Source: Macrostomum lignano (lineage: Eukaryota). From it: 64,000 nucleotides of DNA. Position 1 is the first letter of the stretch. Every line of letters begins with the position of its first letter. The stretch lies in NCBI GenBank assembly GCA_002269645.1, contig NIVC01000089.1, forward strand, positions 186,001 through 250,000, written 5' to 3'. The notes under the pieces were generated by a model that was not told the DNA's origin, ran no database searches, and saw nothing but the letters and a program-made list of their open reading frames with translations. Below, in pieces: positions 46,922 to 59,500 of this stretch. A program made the position numbers and the translations under genes.

Positions 46922-49900
46922 CACGTGCATGCACATATGTACATGTGTACGTACTTTAAGCATAAGTAGAGCAATGACTCACCATACTGCACTGGGATTA
47001 TGAGAAACCATTTTAACCAGACACACGTCACTTATCTTTTCTATCTTTTTTAACAATTGAAATGGCAAATATCAATAGTTAAGCATTGCTGTGGGAGCTG
47101 TCTTATCTCTGACTCTGAGTGGTTATCTTTAAAATGGGTGTCTGGTGTGTTCATGTCGCGATTTTCTTAGTTTATCTGCACGATCGTCTGTTTTCTCTCC
47201 CTCTGTCCAGTTCAGTCTTGTTATTCTTATCTCTCTCCCTCGCTGCCTTCTGATTGGCTCTTCAATCTCGCCTTTCTTTAGTCGCGCACTCCACCCCGCC
47301 TTTTCTTATCAGCACTCAAACCCCTCCCGTCAATGTCTTATAAATACACTGCCGTTTTTATTTACTGTTTTACTTTACTGTTGATTTTTAACTCAAATTT
47401 AGATAGTCTCGCTTAAACTTCTCTACAGTATCATTATTTCTACATACAATACAGTACGAGCTCGTATATTCCATTAAAATCCTTTTATTGCTACTATTCA
47501 GTAGGCAATCCCGGGTACTTATTTGCCTTAGATTGGGTGCCTGTTCGAGCAATTAGAACTATCCGGCTAGCTAAAGAAAGAGATCTAATTGAAAATAAAA
47601 TAGCAACAAGCAAAGAAGGCAAGACCAACTATTAATTGAATTTTTTCAAATAAAGAATTTTATGGTCGGGACAATGCGATTATGCGAGAGCGACTTTTAC
47701 TTAAAACCCCCCTCACATACACGCTTATAAAATGTTAAGGATATATATTTATATTCATATATTTGCACTTGGTGTGTGTGTGTTGCGTCTCATTAGAAAA
47801 AAAGCATCGATCAACTAGGTCGATTATAACAATTCAACAAAACAAAAGGAAACAGAGACAAACAGAGCAAAAAAACACGGAGTTTTTATGGGAACTTTGG
47901 GGGAAAGGATTACATGATTACGCAACAAAACGATGAATATTTCTTTGCTTATCCCAAGCTCATCGGCTAATCATATTAGAAAAAATTAACAAATTTAGCG
48001 ACAGACGCAAGCCATTTATTCTCATTTGTTTTGGAAAACTAAAAACAGGTCACTAAAAATTCTCAATACATCGAGTTCAAGCAAAACATCGATTTGACCC
48101 ACACAGCTTGTGCTGAATCAGAATTTTTAGTTACTACGCAACTGAAACAATACAAGGACGATTTTTGAGATTCCACAAAATAGAGATTCGCTAATTTCCT
48201 AGGGAATAGTTTAGATATTAATAACAAAGACAGTATTATTAATTAACACATCGTTCATGATACTAATTAGTTTAACGGAGTGACAACCAACCAGAGCACA
48301 TGTGTGGGTGGGGTGGAGGGATTCATGAACTGCCAACACACGAAGTCGACTAGAGAGCATAGCAGAGCAAACAGAGAAACAACTATTTTTTACACAACAA
48401 CAATAATTAATATATTATTGTATTACAAAAAAGTTAAATAAATTTCACGATCCAAGCAATAATAAGCAATAATTATGGTGTGCATACGCGGCTTACTACC
48501 AATTACAGATCCATGTACTGCACAATTAAAGCGAGCATTTATTCATAATAATTGGGTACGACAGAGGGGAGGGACGGTTAGGTGCCGTAACCAGGTCTCC
48601 AATTTAACAGCAGGATTTGGACCATAGACTATATAGACCGAAGACCACATACTATAGGCCATAAGCCAGACTAAAGACCATAGACTATATATATAATACT
48701 AATCATTGACTACAGACTAGACCATAAACCATAGAGAATAGACCATAGACAATAGACCCATAGACTAGACTACATACCTTAACTAAAGTTAAATTTTCGT
48801 TTAAGCTTTGATTGGTCTTGACAGAACTAATTAAAAAAGATAAAAACTTAATAAATCAAAAGTTATGATTATATGCCTGAAGGCTTTGATGAGTCAATGG
48901 TTATTCAGCGAGCATTCCAAATGTCATGGTTTGCTATACAATAGATCAAAGACTACTAAAGCAAGAAGCTTGAAATCCAGAGAGATGCTAATTGGAAGTT
49001 TCCGCAACCCGCCCCTGTTCTGCCGCTGAGAAAAAACTTGAGTAACAAAAACAGTGAACAAAAAGAAGGTTGGGGATATAAATTATGATATAACAGTAAA
49101 TCTGCAATAACTACTTGGACAACAGAAAAACTTCTCTCTAATATATCAAAGTACGTAATTCGTTTTTGAAAATATCACAAGTTTGAAACAATCGCGCCAG
49201 TGTCTACCTGTCCGGGTTACAGAACTTGCACCCACAATTTTGCAATTCACAAATAGAAGAAAAAATTATATATAAAATAATTTTGTTTAAAGCAAGCACT
49301 AAGCAACTGGAGAATCAATAAACACAATTTAATAAAAATAACACACGCATGACAAACAAGGAACAACGATGCAGAAATTAAGTGCCTGAATGCGTTCTAC
49401 GTAATTAAAAGTAGGACAGTTGCACCAGACTTCAGCCAACAGTCTGTCAACACGAGAACCGAGTCATTCGCAAACGAACCCCTTGATTGAATTCCACCCC
49501 AAGTTAAAGTTCCAAACATATACTCCTATATCTGTTTAATGCTTGAACTGTCGATGTTCCGTAAAATAGATTTCCTTGAAAACTTTTCGCGCCGGAGCTA
49601 GAAATACAAAAGCTCCGTTCCTGCCGACATGGTCAGCAGGGCTGACCATAGACTATAGCTAGAATCTTAATGCGCCGCTGTGCAAAGCCCTTCTAGCCGA
49701 GAAGGGAGCATTTTATACTTAGCTTTAAAATCTGCAAACAGGCCTTTTTGAAAGAGAAAGCACTGCACCTCCTTAATACGAGTCGTGCATCATTTTATTG
49801 AAAAGTAAATCAGCTACAACCATGGAGCAGCTCTGCTGACCATCCGGCAGCTTAAAGTTAATTCTTAATTTGACTTCCCCAACGCGTAGAATTTTGTCTA

Positions 49901-50553
49901 TGGCCAAGACTATTTGCACAGCCAGAATACGAAAGTTCCTCGTTAAATCTTGACTTGATTTACAAAATCGACTGTCCTGTTGTTAACAATAATTTAAAAG
50001 ACGCAAAGTCAATTTGTAACGAATAAGCAAATAAAAACGATTAAACATACTACTGTGAAACCGTGTAATATAAAATATTGCAGCAAAGGATGCGATGAAC
50101 TCAACTCTCTCTCTGCATGTATGCTAGTAATACGCAGAACGCGGAGGGCTTATGTACAAAATAGCTGCATTTGCTGTAAGAGTCTCCATTGCCTGCGCAG
50201 CGGCTGTGCGGCATCGCGTTCAATAAAAACATAGATCTACTACTAATATAATAATAGTATTATTATTAATATTAAATAAAATCTTTGAAGAGTCAACTTC
50301 CAACGAATGGCTGAATCTGTTAGCTAGTAAAGAAACACGCTCGCACCGCAGAGTAAACAATGTATATATAATATAGACTAAAATGTATGCAAGATACATA
50401 AGCAGAAACAAGCAGACGGTGCCTAAAGCTAGATAAAGATGAAATAAATAAATGAAACGCACCTGTGCTGTACAGAGTATACACAACAGCTCAGAGATAT
50501 GCATAGAGTTGCTCGGCTGGCCAGTGATAGGCGGAGAGGCTGGGCCAGCATCA

Positions 50554-53500
50554 TCAGGGGAAGGGATTGCCGCCGAACGGGTTCAGATGATGCCCAGCCG
50601 CCCGCCTGGGATCAAAAGCAGGCGGATAGAAGTTGGAGAACAGCTGACTGGTCTGCGAGTAGAAATCCTGCGGCCTGTATGGATTTGTAGCGGCCGCAGC
50701 CGCCGCCGCAGCCGCAGCGTGATGATGCTGAGGAGCTGCCTGCTGATGCAGCTGCTGATGATGCTGAAGATGCTGCGAGTGCGCCTGCTGCTGCTGATGC
50801 TGATGATGGTGCTGCTGCTGCTGGCCGTGCTGATGATGATGGTGCCGCTTGCCGCTGCTGCCGCTCTGACTGTCGCCGATAGCGGACACGCTGGAGGCAG
50901 CGGCGGCGGCGGCCACTGCGGCAGCCGAGGCGGACGAGACCACAGACTGATGATGCTGGTGATGCTGGGCGTGGTAGGCGTCCCCAGTAGCAGCCGCAGC
51001 GGCCGCGGCAGGCGGAAACACCGGCGGGAAATGGTGACCGTAGGCGGCCACAGCGGCATGATGATTGGCCTGCCAGCCGAAGTAATCGGAGGAGTACTGC
51101 TGCGCCCGCTGGTAGACGAAGTTCAGGCCGTAGGGATCGTACTGCGACAGGAACTGGTTGCCATAGGCTGCCGTGTTGGCCGCGGCAGCGGCGGCCGCCT
51201 CGTACGGATTGAACGGGGCGGGGACCGCGGCGGCCGACGGCTGCGGAGGCGGCGGCGGAGGCGGAAGTGGCGCCGCATTTGCCGAAGATTTCGGCGGCGA
51301 CGATTCAACCACGGCCGGCATGTGAAGGCCGGCGGCGCCGTAGGGGCTCGGGTCCGCTTGGTTGCCGCCGCCGTAGCCGCTGCTGCCGCCCCAAGGCGAG
51401 TTCAGACTGCCGCCGCCCCCACCGCCAGTGGAGCCGGAAGTGGCCGGATGGTGCTGATGGTGATGATGATGCAGCTGCTGCTGCTGAGGAAGCGGCTGCT
51501 GCTGCTGATAAACGCTGCTACTAGACTGGTGATGCCGATAATCGTCTTTTTTCTTCTTTTGCTGCTGCTGCTGCTGCTGAGATTGCGACCCGTGCGCGGA
51601 TGGCAGAGGTGGCAACGGAGGAGGCGGCGGCGGCGGAGGCAGCTGCTGAGACGGCAGCGGCGCCGGGTTAGCCTCGGAGCCGGACTCGTTTAGATGTCGC
51701 CGCTTGCTACTTGCGCCAATTTGCTGCAGCTGCTGCTGATCGAAGGCAGCCGAGACGGCGAACTCGTCCGCGGAGACATCGGCGCCTCCTGGCTGGTAAA
51801 TCTTGCGCTTCTTCGGCAGAATCATGCTGGCGCTGCTGGTCGGGGCGGCGGCTGCGGGGGTGGCGGATTTGGAATCGGCCGCTCGGTCGAGCACCGCGTC
51901 AACCTCCTGGCTGGTGATGGGTACGGTATCGGCGCTTCTCGATGCCGCCACCCGGTGCAGCGTCTCGGCCGAGTTCTCGGCGACACCGGAGGCATCGAGG
52001 GGCTCCTGGCTAACAGCGCTGGCCTCCTCGGGCGCCTGGTCGAGTTCGGCAGATGGCTCGGCAAGGAACGGGTGCACCCGACCGGGCACCTCGGCCTGCT
52101 TTTTGGCTCCGGCGGCATCGTCAGCTTGACCTTCGACCTGCTGCTGCTCCGACTTTGCCTTTTTCTTCTTATCTCTACGGTCTTTCTTGCGCTGCTGCTT
52201 GTCTTTGTGGTGCTGACGTTTCTCGCGTTTTTTGTTTTTCTGCTTTAAAATCTGAGCATAGTCCTCTTCGTAGCCCATGGGCCGGGGGTTGCCGCACTCC
52301 AGGAGTTTCGGCTGGGGCCGCTGCTGCGCCTGCTCGACCTTGCCCAGCTGCTTGCCGTCATCGCCAGCCTGCTGCTGCTGCTGCTGTTGCTGTTGCTGCT
52401 GTAGCTGCTGCTGCTGCAACTGATTACTAAGCTTGAGTTTGAGCTTGATGGGAATCTGTGGATCAGATGAAGCAGCTCGGACAGCCTCTTGTGGCTGGCG
52501 CAGTTCAGCAGCCGGCACGGCGTCAGGCTTCACCGGTTTAATCGATATCTTTGGAACTTTCGGCACTTGGGCGGCCGCGTCGTCGTCTGCTGTTGGCGGC
52601 GCGTCCGACAGCGCTTGAGAACCGGAGGCGACCGACACCGACAGTGGCGGGACAACCTTCTGCGCTGACAGATCCAGCAGGGCCGCCGCTGCCGCCGCTG
52701 TGGCTGCCGCCTCCGACTGATTCCGCCTGGCCCGCTTGCCGCCAGCGTCCGGCTCGAAGTCGAACTGGCCCCGGCTGTTGCCGCCGCCCGACCCGGAGCC
52801 GCCGGCGCCGCTGCCGCCGCCGCCAGCTCCGCTGCTGGTTTTGGCGCCGACGCTGCCGAAATTTTGTTTGAATAGAAACCTACGGCGATCCTCGCGGTCG
52901 GAGGAGAAAAATTTCCGTTTGATTGGACTGCCGCCGCTGCTGGCCGGCCCGGCTGAACCCCCCGACAACGAGCTCGGTGTTGTCGACCCGGCATTCGCCG
53001 GCGTCGAATCCTTCGACCGTCCAGCATCTCGCTTTTCTAGCTTGGACAGGTTCATCGGGACGAACGCCGGCTTTGGCGGGGCCGGAGGCGGTGGCGGCGG
53101 CGGCGGCGGTGTCGGCTCCGGCGGCGGAGCCTGCTGAGCTCGAGCGGACAGCGGCGAGGACAGCAGCAGCGGCGACGGCAGCTGCGGCTCCTGCTGCGAC
53201 TGTGCGGCCGGTTTCGGCCTAACAATGCCGCCGCGTGCGATGATTTCCAGCGCCAGCGACGGCTGCGGGGGCGGACTGGGGCTGCGCTCTTCGATCAACG
53301 GCCTCTGTCGGCGATGCTGCGAATTCGACGCGAGAGGATCGTCGCCGCTACCGCTGACGCCGCCGGTGCCGCCCAGGACGGCCCGGTTCCACAGGAAATG
53401 CGCCGCGTCACCGATTCCGCGCAGACCGCTGCCGGAAGCTTCTAACAGGCCGAAGCCTTCGGCTACGCTGCTGTCGTCCTCAAGCGCCGCAGCGATTTCC

Positions 53501-56500
53501 TCTCCGGGTTTCAGCTCTGGCAGCGGCGCCGGCTCCAGACTGTGAGATGGGGCGGCCTCGCTCGGCTCTTTAACTTCACTATCTTTACTGTCGCTTTTAC
53601 TATCGGGCTTATCCGTTTCCGATGAATTTGCCGCCTTGCTACCAGCTGTCTTGCTCTTGCTACTAGAAGAAGCAGACGCAAAGCCGGCAGTGACTTTAGA
53701 CGCCTCAACAGCTTCGTGCAGTTCGAGCTCGGACTGACGGGCGCGCCTAGCCGACAGTCGCTTCTCGCGGCTGGTGACCGGTTCGCCGTGCATCGGGTGG
53801 TGCTCATAGAGCAGCTGGTCACTATCCTGCCGGGACAGCCTGCTGCTGCTGCTGCCACCCGCCGCTGTTTTTGTCGGCGACACAGCCGGCGACGCTGCGG
53901 CTGGTTCCGATGATTTTTTAGCGACTGTTTTTGACTTGCCCGCCGGCTTGTCGATTTCCTCAGTGTCAGAGTCGGAAGATGAAGAGGAGGAGCTGGAGCT
54001 TTCAACATCGGACAGCCTGCCCGAGTCGGCCGCTGAGCGCGACGATTGGCGCTTGACGTTCTTGGCGGCGATTCGGCGCGACGCCCGGACAGCTTTGCTG
54101 CTGCAACTGCTGCTGTGCCCGACAACTGAGGCCGACTCGGACGTAGAAACGGACAGAGTCCGACGAGACTCAGTAGCGAGAGTCTCCTTGGAGTCGTCAC
54201 ATTTAGGTTTGCTAGTCGATCGAGATCTTTCACTGCGCCTGACTGGCTCGCTGCTCGGCGGAACAGATTTGGCAGGCTTGGCCGGGGCGGCTTGCTTGCT
54301 GCTGCTGCCGCTGCTGGCATTCGATTTTGATTTCTTGTCCTTGCGTTTCTTTGACAAAGAAGAATTCGTCAAAGATTTGGACTTGGAGGAAGAAGCCGTG
54401 ATCTCTGAGGATTCTTCTACAGTCGCTTCGCTTTTACTTGAAGCTTTCGGCAGCTTCTCGTGTGTCTGTTCGGAACTCTTCCTAACATCTTTCGAGTGTT
54501 TCTGCTGCTTGCGTTCGCTAGAATCCCTTCGACTTGAAGAAGAAGAAGCAGGCGCTTCAGTCTTTTCTTCGGCCAGCTGTTTGTGACGATGAAGGGCGCT
54601 GCGACTTGAAGACTTCTGTTGCTGCTGCTCAAATCTGCTTGGGCTCTGACTCTCTTTCGATTTCGTGTCCTTTACCGTATTTTTAGGGCTAGTTAACGCC
54701 TTTGACGCCTTGGAACCGTCATTCGACGCCGCTTTGCCTTTGGAATCTTCTTTTTTTGGCGAAGAGGCGGCCGCTGACGAAGCCTTGCGCTGCGGCGACT
54801 TTTCCTCCGGCGCCAACTTGTTTGACTTCGAAGAGCCCGACGAAGATTCGACAGATTTTCGCTTATTCGAACTCGAAGCCGATTGAGAAGACTTCTGATC
54901 GGTTACCGATGGCGGCTTCTTACTGCTGCTGTCCTGATGATGCTTTTTCTTAGTGCTGCCGGATCTTGGCTCCTGGCTTGCAGCGGGCCGCTCTGCTGTG
55001 GCCAGGCAAACCGGATCACCGAACGGCACAGCTGCGCTCTCTGGAATGCTCACCACCGGACAGGAGTCCCCGACTGCCGACAAGTCAGCCAGCTGGCACT
55101 GCACATTCGATGAAGATGAAGGCGGCAAGGCAGAAGCTGGCTGCTGGGGAGAAGTTGGTCCAGTAGCAGAGGTCTTGGCGCCAGAATCCTTAGCCACCGC
55201 CCGCTCCTGGTTGGAGGCATCGCCAGCTTTCAGCACACCCGTTATCGTGTCCTCTAAGCTAGAAGGGCCAACAATGCCTTTGACGGCTTCCTCGATTTCG
55301 TCATTCTCCGACAGGCTGTGGATCACCTTTTTCGGCGGGATAATCTCTTTAAATAGCTCTAAATCGTCGCCGCTGGGATCTGCCTGCAGCTTCCGAGCGC
55401 CAGATTTCGCTTCTCGCTCTTTGTTTGGCGTTGATCTTTTATTTGCCGTTGTTGACGCAGGCGGCGCCTTCTTCTTTGGCGTATTTTTTGTCGATTGAGC
55501 CGCCGGCTGCTTGCCAGCCTGCGAGCTGGCCGGCGCGGATTCAGTAGCTTTGGAAGTATTGGACGAAGCCGGAGCTGGAGCTGGCAACGGCGAAGTCACC
55601 TTTGACTTGACGTGCGACTTTTTGCCAGTCAAACTGGAGGCTAATTGCGTAACAGACTCAGTGGAAACAGACAACGGAGCAGATTTGGAAGATTCTCTCC
55701 CACTACTATTAGTAACAACGGTTTCATTAGGCTTCGTTGCTGCGGTCGGTGCACTAGAGCGATTTGAATTCAATGATTTCGAACTCGAAGGCGGATCCGA
55801 CGAAGCCGTGACCAAGTCGCTGTTGAAATCATTCAGGGCAGCGTTGAACTCATCGAATGTTGTTGTATTCCAGCACTCCTGATGCTGCTGCTGTTGCACA
55901 GTCTGATTTTGGGCCTGCTCTTGTTTCTGCTCTTGCTGAGGAGGGCACTGAACAATTGACTCGGAAGAGAGCGGCACAGCGGCATCGGTATTTTGTTGAG
56001 CAGTACCCTCATCCTGCGACGGCGGCTGTATAAGACCAAGCTCGTGCAGGAAAGATGACTCGTTCTGCGAATCAACAACCAGGCCGCTAAGATCGGCCAC
56101 CACTTCCGACTGTTGGTCGCAGCCGACGCCTTCAATGATTGGCGCCGAGGATGTGGCCGAGTCCTGGCTAGTAGAGATCATCACTGTACTGCCCAGGTCC
56201 AGATCGAGCGACAGGCCGGCCTCCTGGCAAGCGATGGCTAGCAAGTCGTGGCTCGGTAGGGCGGTGCCTTCTAAACTACCAGCGCTAAGCGGATGGCCAG
56301 ACGAGAACACAACGGCTGTAGGCGCTGTCGGAGCCCAGGTAGTGGCAAAAGTGGCGCCAGGCGGGGCAGCAGCCCACACCGCCGCGGCGGACGAATGATT
56401 GACAGGCATGGGGATGCCGGTCCCGGCCAGAAGCGGCGCCATCGAGCCGCAAACGCCGATTGGAGCGCCAACAACTAGCGGCAACGACTTGGACTGGCTG

Positions 56501-59500
56501 ACAGCGGCGATGGCGCCAGATGGCAGCTGCATTGCCACGGGCATCGGAGTCGGAACTGACCCGTGCAACGCCGACGTTGCCACTGTTGAAGAGGCCGGCA
56601 CTGTCTGCATAGGCTTTTTGCCCGACGTCGACACTTTGGACTTCTTTGATGCGCCAGACAAAGTGGCGGTGGCGGATACCGCAGATGATGAAGCGATTTT
56701 GCTGCCGGGCAGCTGTATCGGCTGCAGCTTGGCACTCATGTCGGTCCTGGGCGACGGCAAGATGGGGCGCATAGCGATAGGCTTCGGAGCGATCGTGCGC
56801 ACGCGCCTGTTAGCAGGAGTCGAAGTCGACGACGCTCCGGCGGCTGAAGTCGACTGCACCGATTTGGAAGGCGCCGGTGCGGCAGGCTTAACGGGTGTCG
56901 GCCTGGCAGCGGACGATGTAGTTGTGGTTGTTGCCCTGGTAGACGCGGCGGTCACTGACGCGGGCTCTACCGACGACGCAGACTGAGGAACAGCTGCCAG
57001 ACCGGCGAAATTGGAGGGCAACACGCCGGGCGGCAGTATAAACTGTATCTGACCGCTTGGCGTGATAGTAGCCGGAATGTGACCGGCCGCAGCGGAGACG
57101 CCTGTATTTAGCGAGCAAACGGGCGCCTGAATGGCAGCAGTAGCCACGGTGGAAGCCGGCACAGAAGCGGCTGCTGTAACGATTGTTGCTATGCCGCTTT
57201 CAAGAGACTGCGGCGCCGCCTGCTGTTGCTGAGACGCAGACGAGGCGGAAGTCGACGGTGTCTCGGTGCATCCACCACTGACGGCGCCGCCAGACTCCTC
57301 AATCTCACTAAGACTCTTAAGAAAGCCGCCGGCAGGAATATAATTCTGTGAGCTTGAATCGTACGAAGAGAAACTCTGCGGACTGCCGCTAGAATCAGCC
57401 TGTTGATGCTGCTGCGTGCCTGAGTTTCCGCTGGCAGCTGTGCCACTCACTACAGCACTGGTAGTTGAGGTGACAACAGTAGCAACAACAGCCTGAGCTG
57501 GTTCAGCTGTTGCCGGCTGTATGCTCTCTTTCAGCATCCTGTTTTCAGCTTCCAATTGTTCAAGGCGTCGCTTAAGAGCGGCCAATTCGTCTGCGGAAGA
57601 TCCTGAACCAGCTGAAGCCATCACTGCCATTGCTTTTATGCTAGCCAATGCATCGGCTGTGGCGGAAGCAACTGACTCTGTTTGTGCAATAGCTGATGTT
57701 GAGGTCGATGGCAAATCAACTATGACCGAAGCGGTGGCAATAGGTTCGGCACTAGACTCAGCCGTCACTTCAACATCACTGGATCCAACAGCACCCGCGG
57801 CGGTTGTAGCAGTACACAGAATCAGTTTAGAGTCTGTGTCAGCTTCGTCGCCGCTCTCATCGCCCATTGCAACAACGGCTGACAATTGAGCTCCGCTGCC
57901 TGACAGCTCAGTCATTAGGTCAGCTTCTGCATCATCAGCGGCGGCTGCTGCAACTTTAGTCAATGGATCGTCACCGCACAATTCCGACATGTAGTCGTCA
58001 ACTTCACCTTCAGCGCAAGTAGCGCCACCAGACTTTCTACCGCCGTGCAACTCTGACATAAGATCGTCACCATCTTCACTATCGCTTGCAGTTTCCTTCG
58101 ACCCCTGCTGCAGTGATGATGCTACTTTAGAGCACATATCCGACAGCAACTGGGAAACCTCGTTTAGTATGCCATCTGATTCAATGTGCAGGGCATCATA
58201 CAAAACTGTCTCTGGCTCCATGTATTCAGAATCAGATCTTAATGTGTTGCTGGGATCGCTTTCAGAAGCAGTCGTTGCTTCCACTTCCGCACCACATGCG
58301 GCTCCGATGTCGCTATTGTCTGCTGAATGTTCTAGCGGTGAAACATTCACCACTGCAGCTTCAGCTTGTATTAGTTCTGGTTCGTCTGCTGAGGAATTAT
58401 CTACAGTCAGCACTGCTTCCTGAGATTCTGCTTCACTTTCCGACGAAACTGAACCTTGATTTGAATCGAGCGCCATCTCTGAATGATCTGCAAGCTTAGC
58501 ACTGGGCTCTGCTAGATCAGACTGCTGTTGATTTTGCGATTTTTGCGATGCATCGTCTACTTGTGCTACATCAGCATGTTGAAGTTCAACAGTTGGCGAG
58601 TTACTACCCGAAGATTGATATTGTTCTCGAAGTAATTCTGCAAACGGGGTATTCTGAGACGAAAACTTCCCCTCTTGTTCCTGCTCATTGTGTTGATGTG
58701 AAGTTGCAGCAGCGACTTCTAAGCCTTGATCTTCGGGTGGCGACGCTTGCAATACTTGTGAGTTTTTTCTTCTTTTGGTTTCTTCAATGAGGGCCTCTGT
58801 CTGTAATGCTTGCTGTTCTGCAACTTCAATTTGCTCACTGTTAGCAGAATTTGAACTAGACGCACCCGCGTCTTGTATTGACTGATTTGCAACTGTCTGA
58901 CTAGAGTTTTGGGAGAGCGCCTTATCAGATGACTGAGAAATACGTTGGTCCTCAAGCGGCTTTTCGCCTTCTAACGATTCTTTACAAGCATCGTCCGACG
59001 AACAGATCGGTCTCGAGTTTTGATCCATGCTCCTGTCGATTGTTTCTTTCACTGGTTCTAATTCATCATTGATTAATCTGGACGATCGATCAATTGGCTG
59101 CAAGTTCTCTGCTGATGTGGCGCATTGCTGCGCAGCACTCTGATCGTCTAGTTCAGATTGATGCAGCACTTCGTCTGCTGCTTCAACGACCTGTAGAGGC
59201 GTTTGCTTGCCCGCTTCTTTTTCTCTACTATTGAGAGACTCTCTAGATTCTTCTTCCATTTTAACAGGAGACAACTGCTCAGCGTTGGTACTCAAAGCTA
59301 CTTCAGTAGAAGATTGTTTTTCCTGCACCAGGTTCTCCTCTACATCAGCTTTTGTATCCGCATCTAAGTCAGATTCTGCATTAGCTACAGGTGGAGAAGT
59401 TTTTTCTTCATTGGCACCAGGCGAAAACCGCTCCTGAGACGTGCTCTGAGCAACTGGAGACGGTATTGATTCACAAGAATGCTGACTTGATGCCGACTCG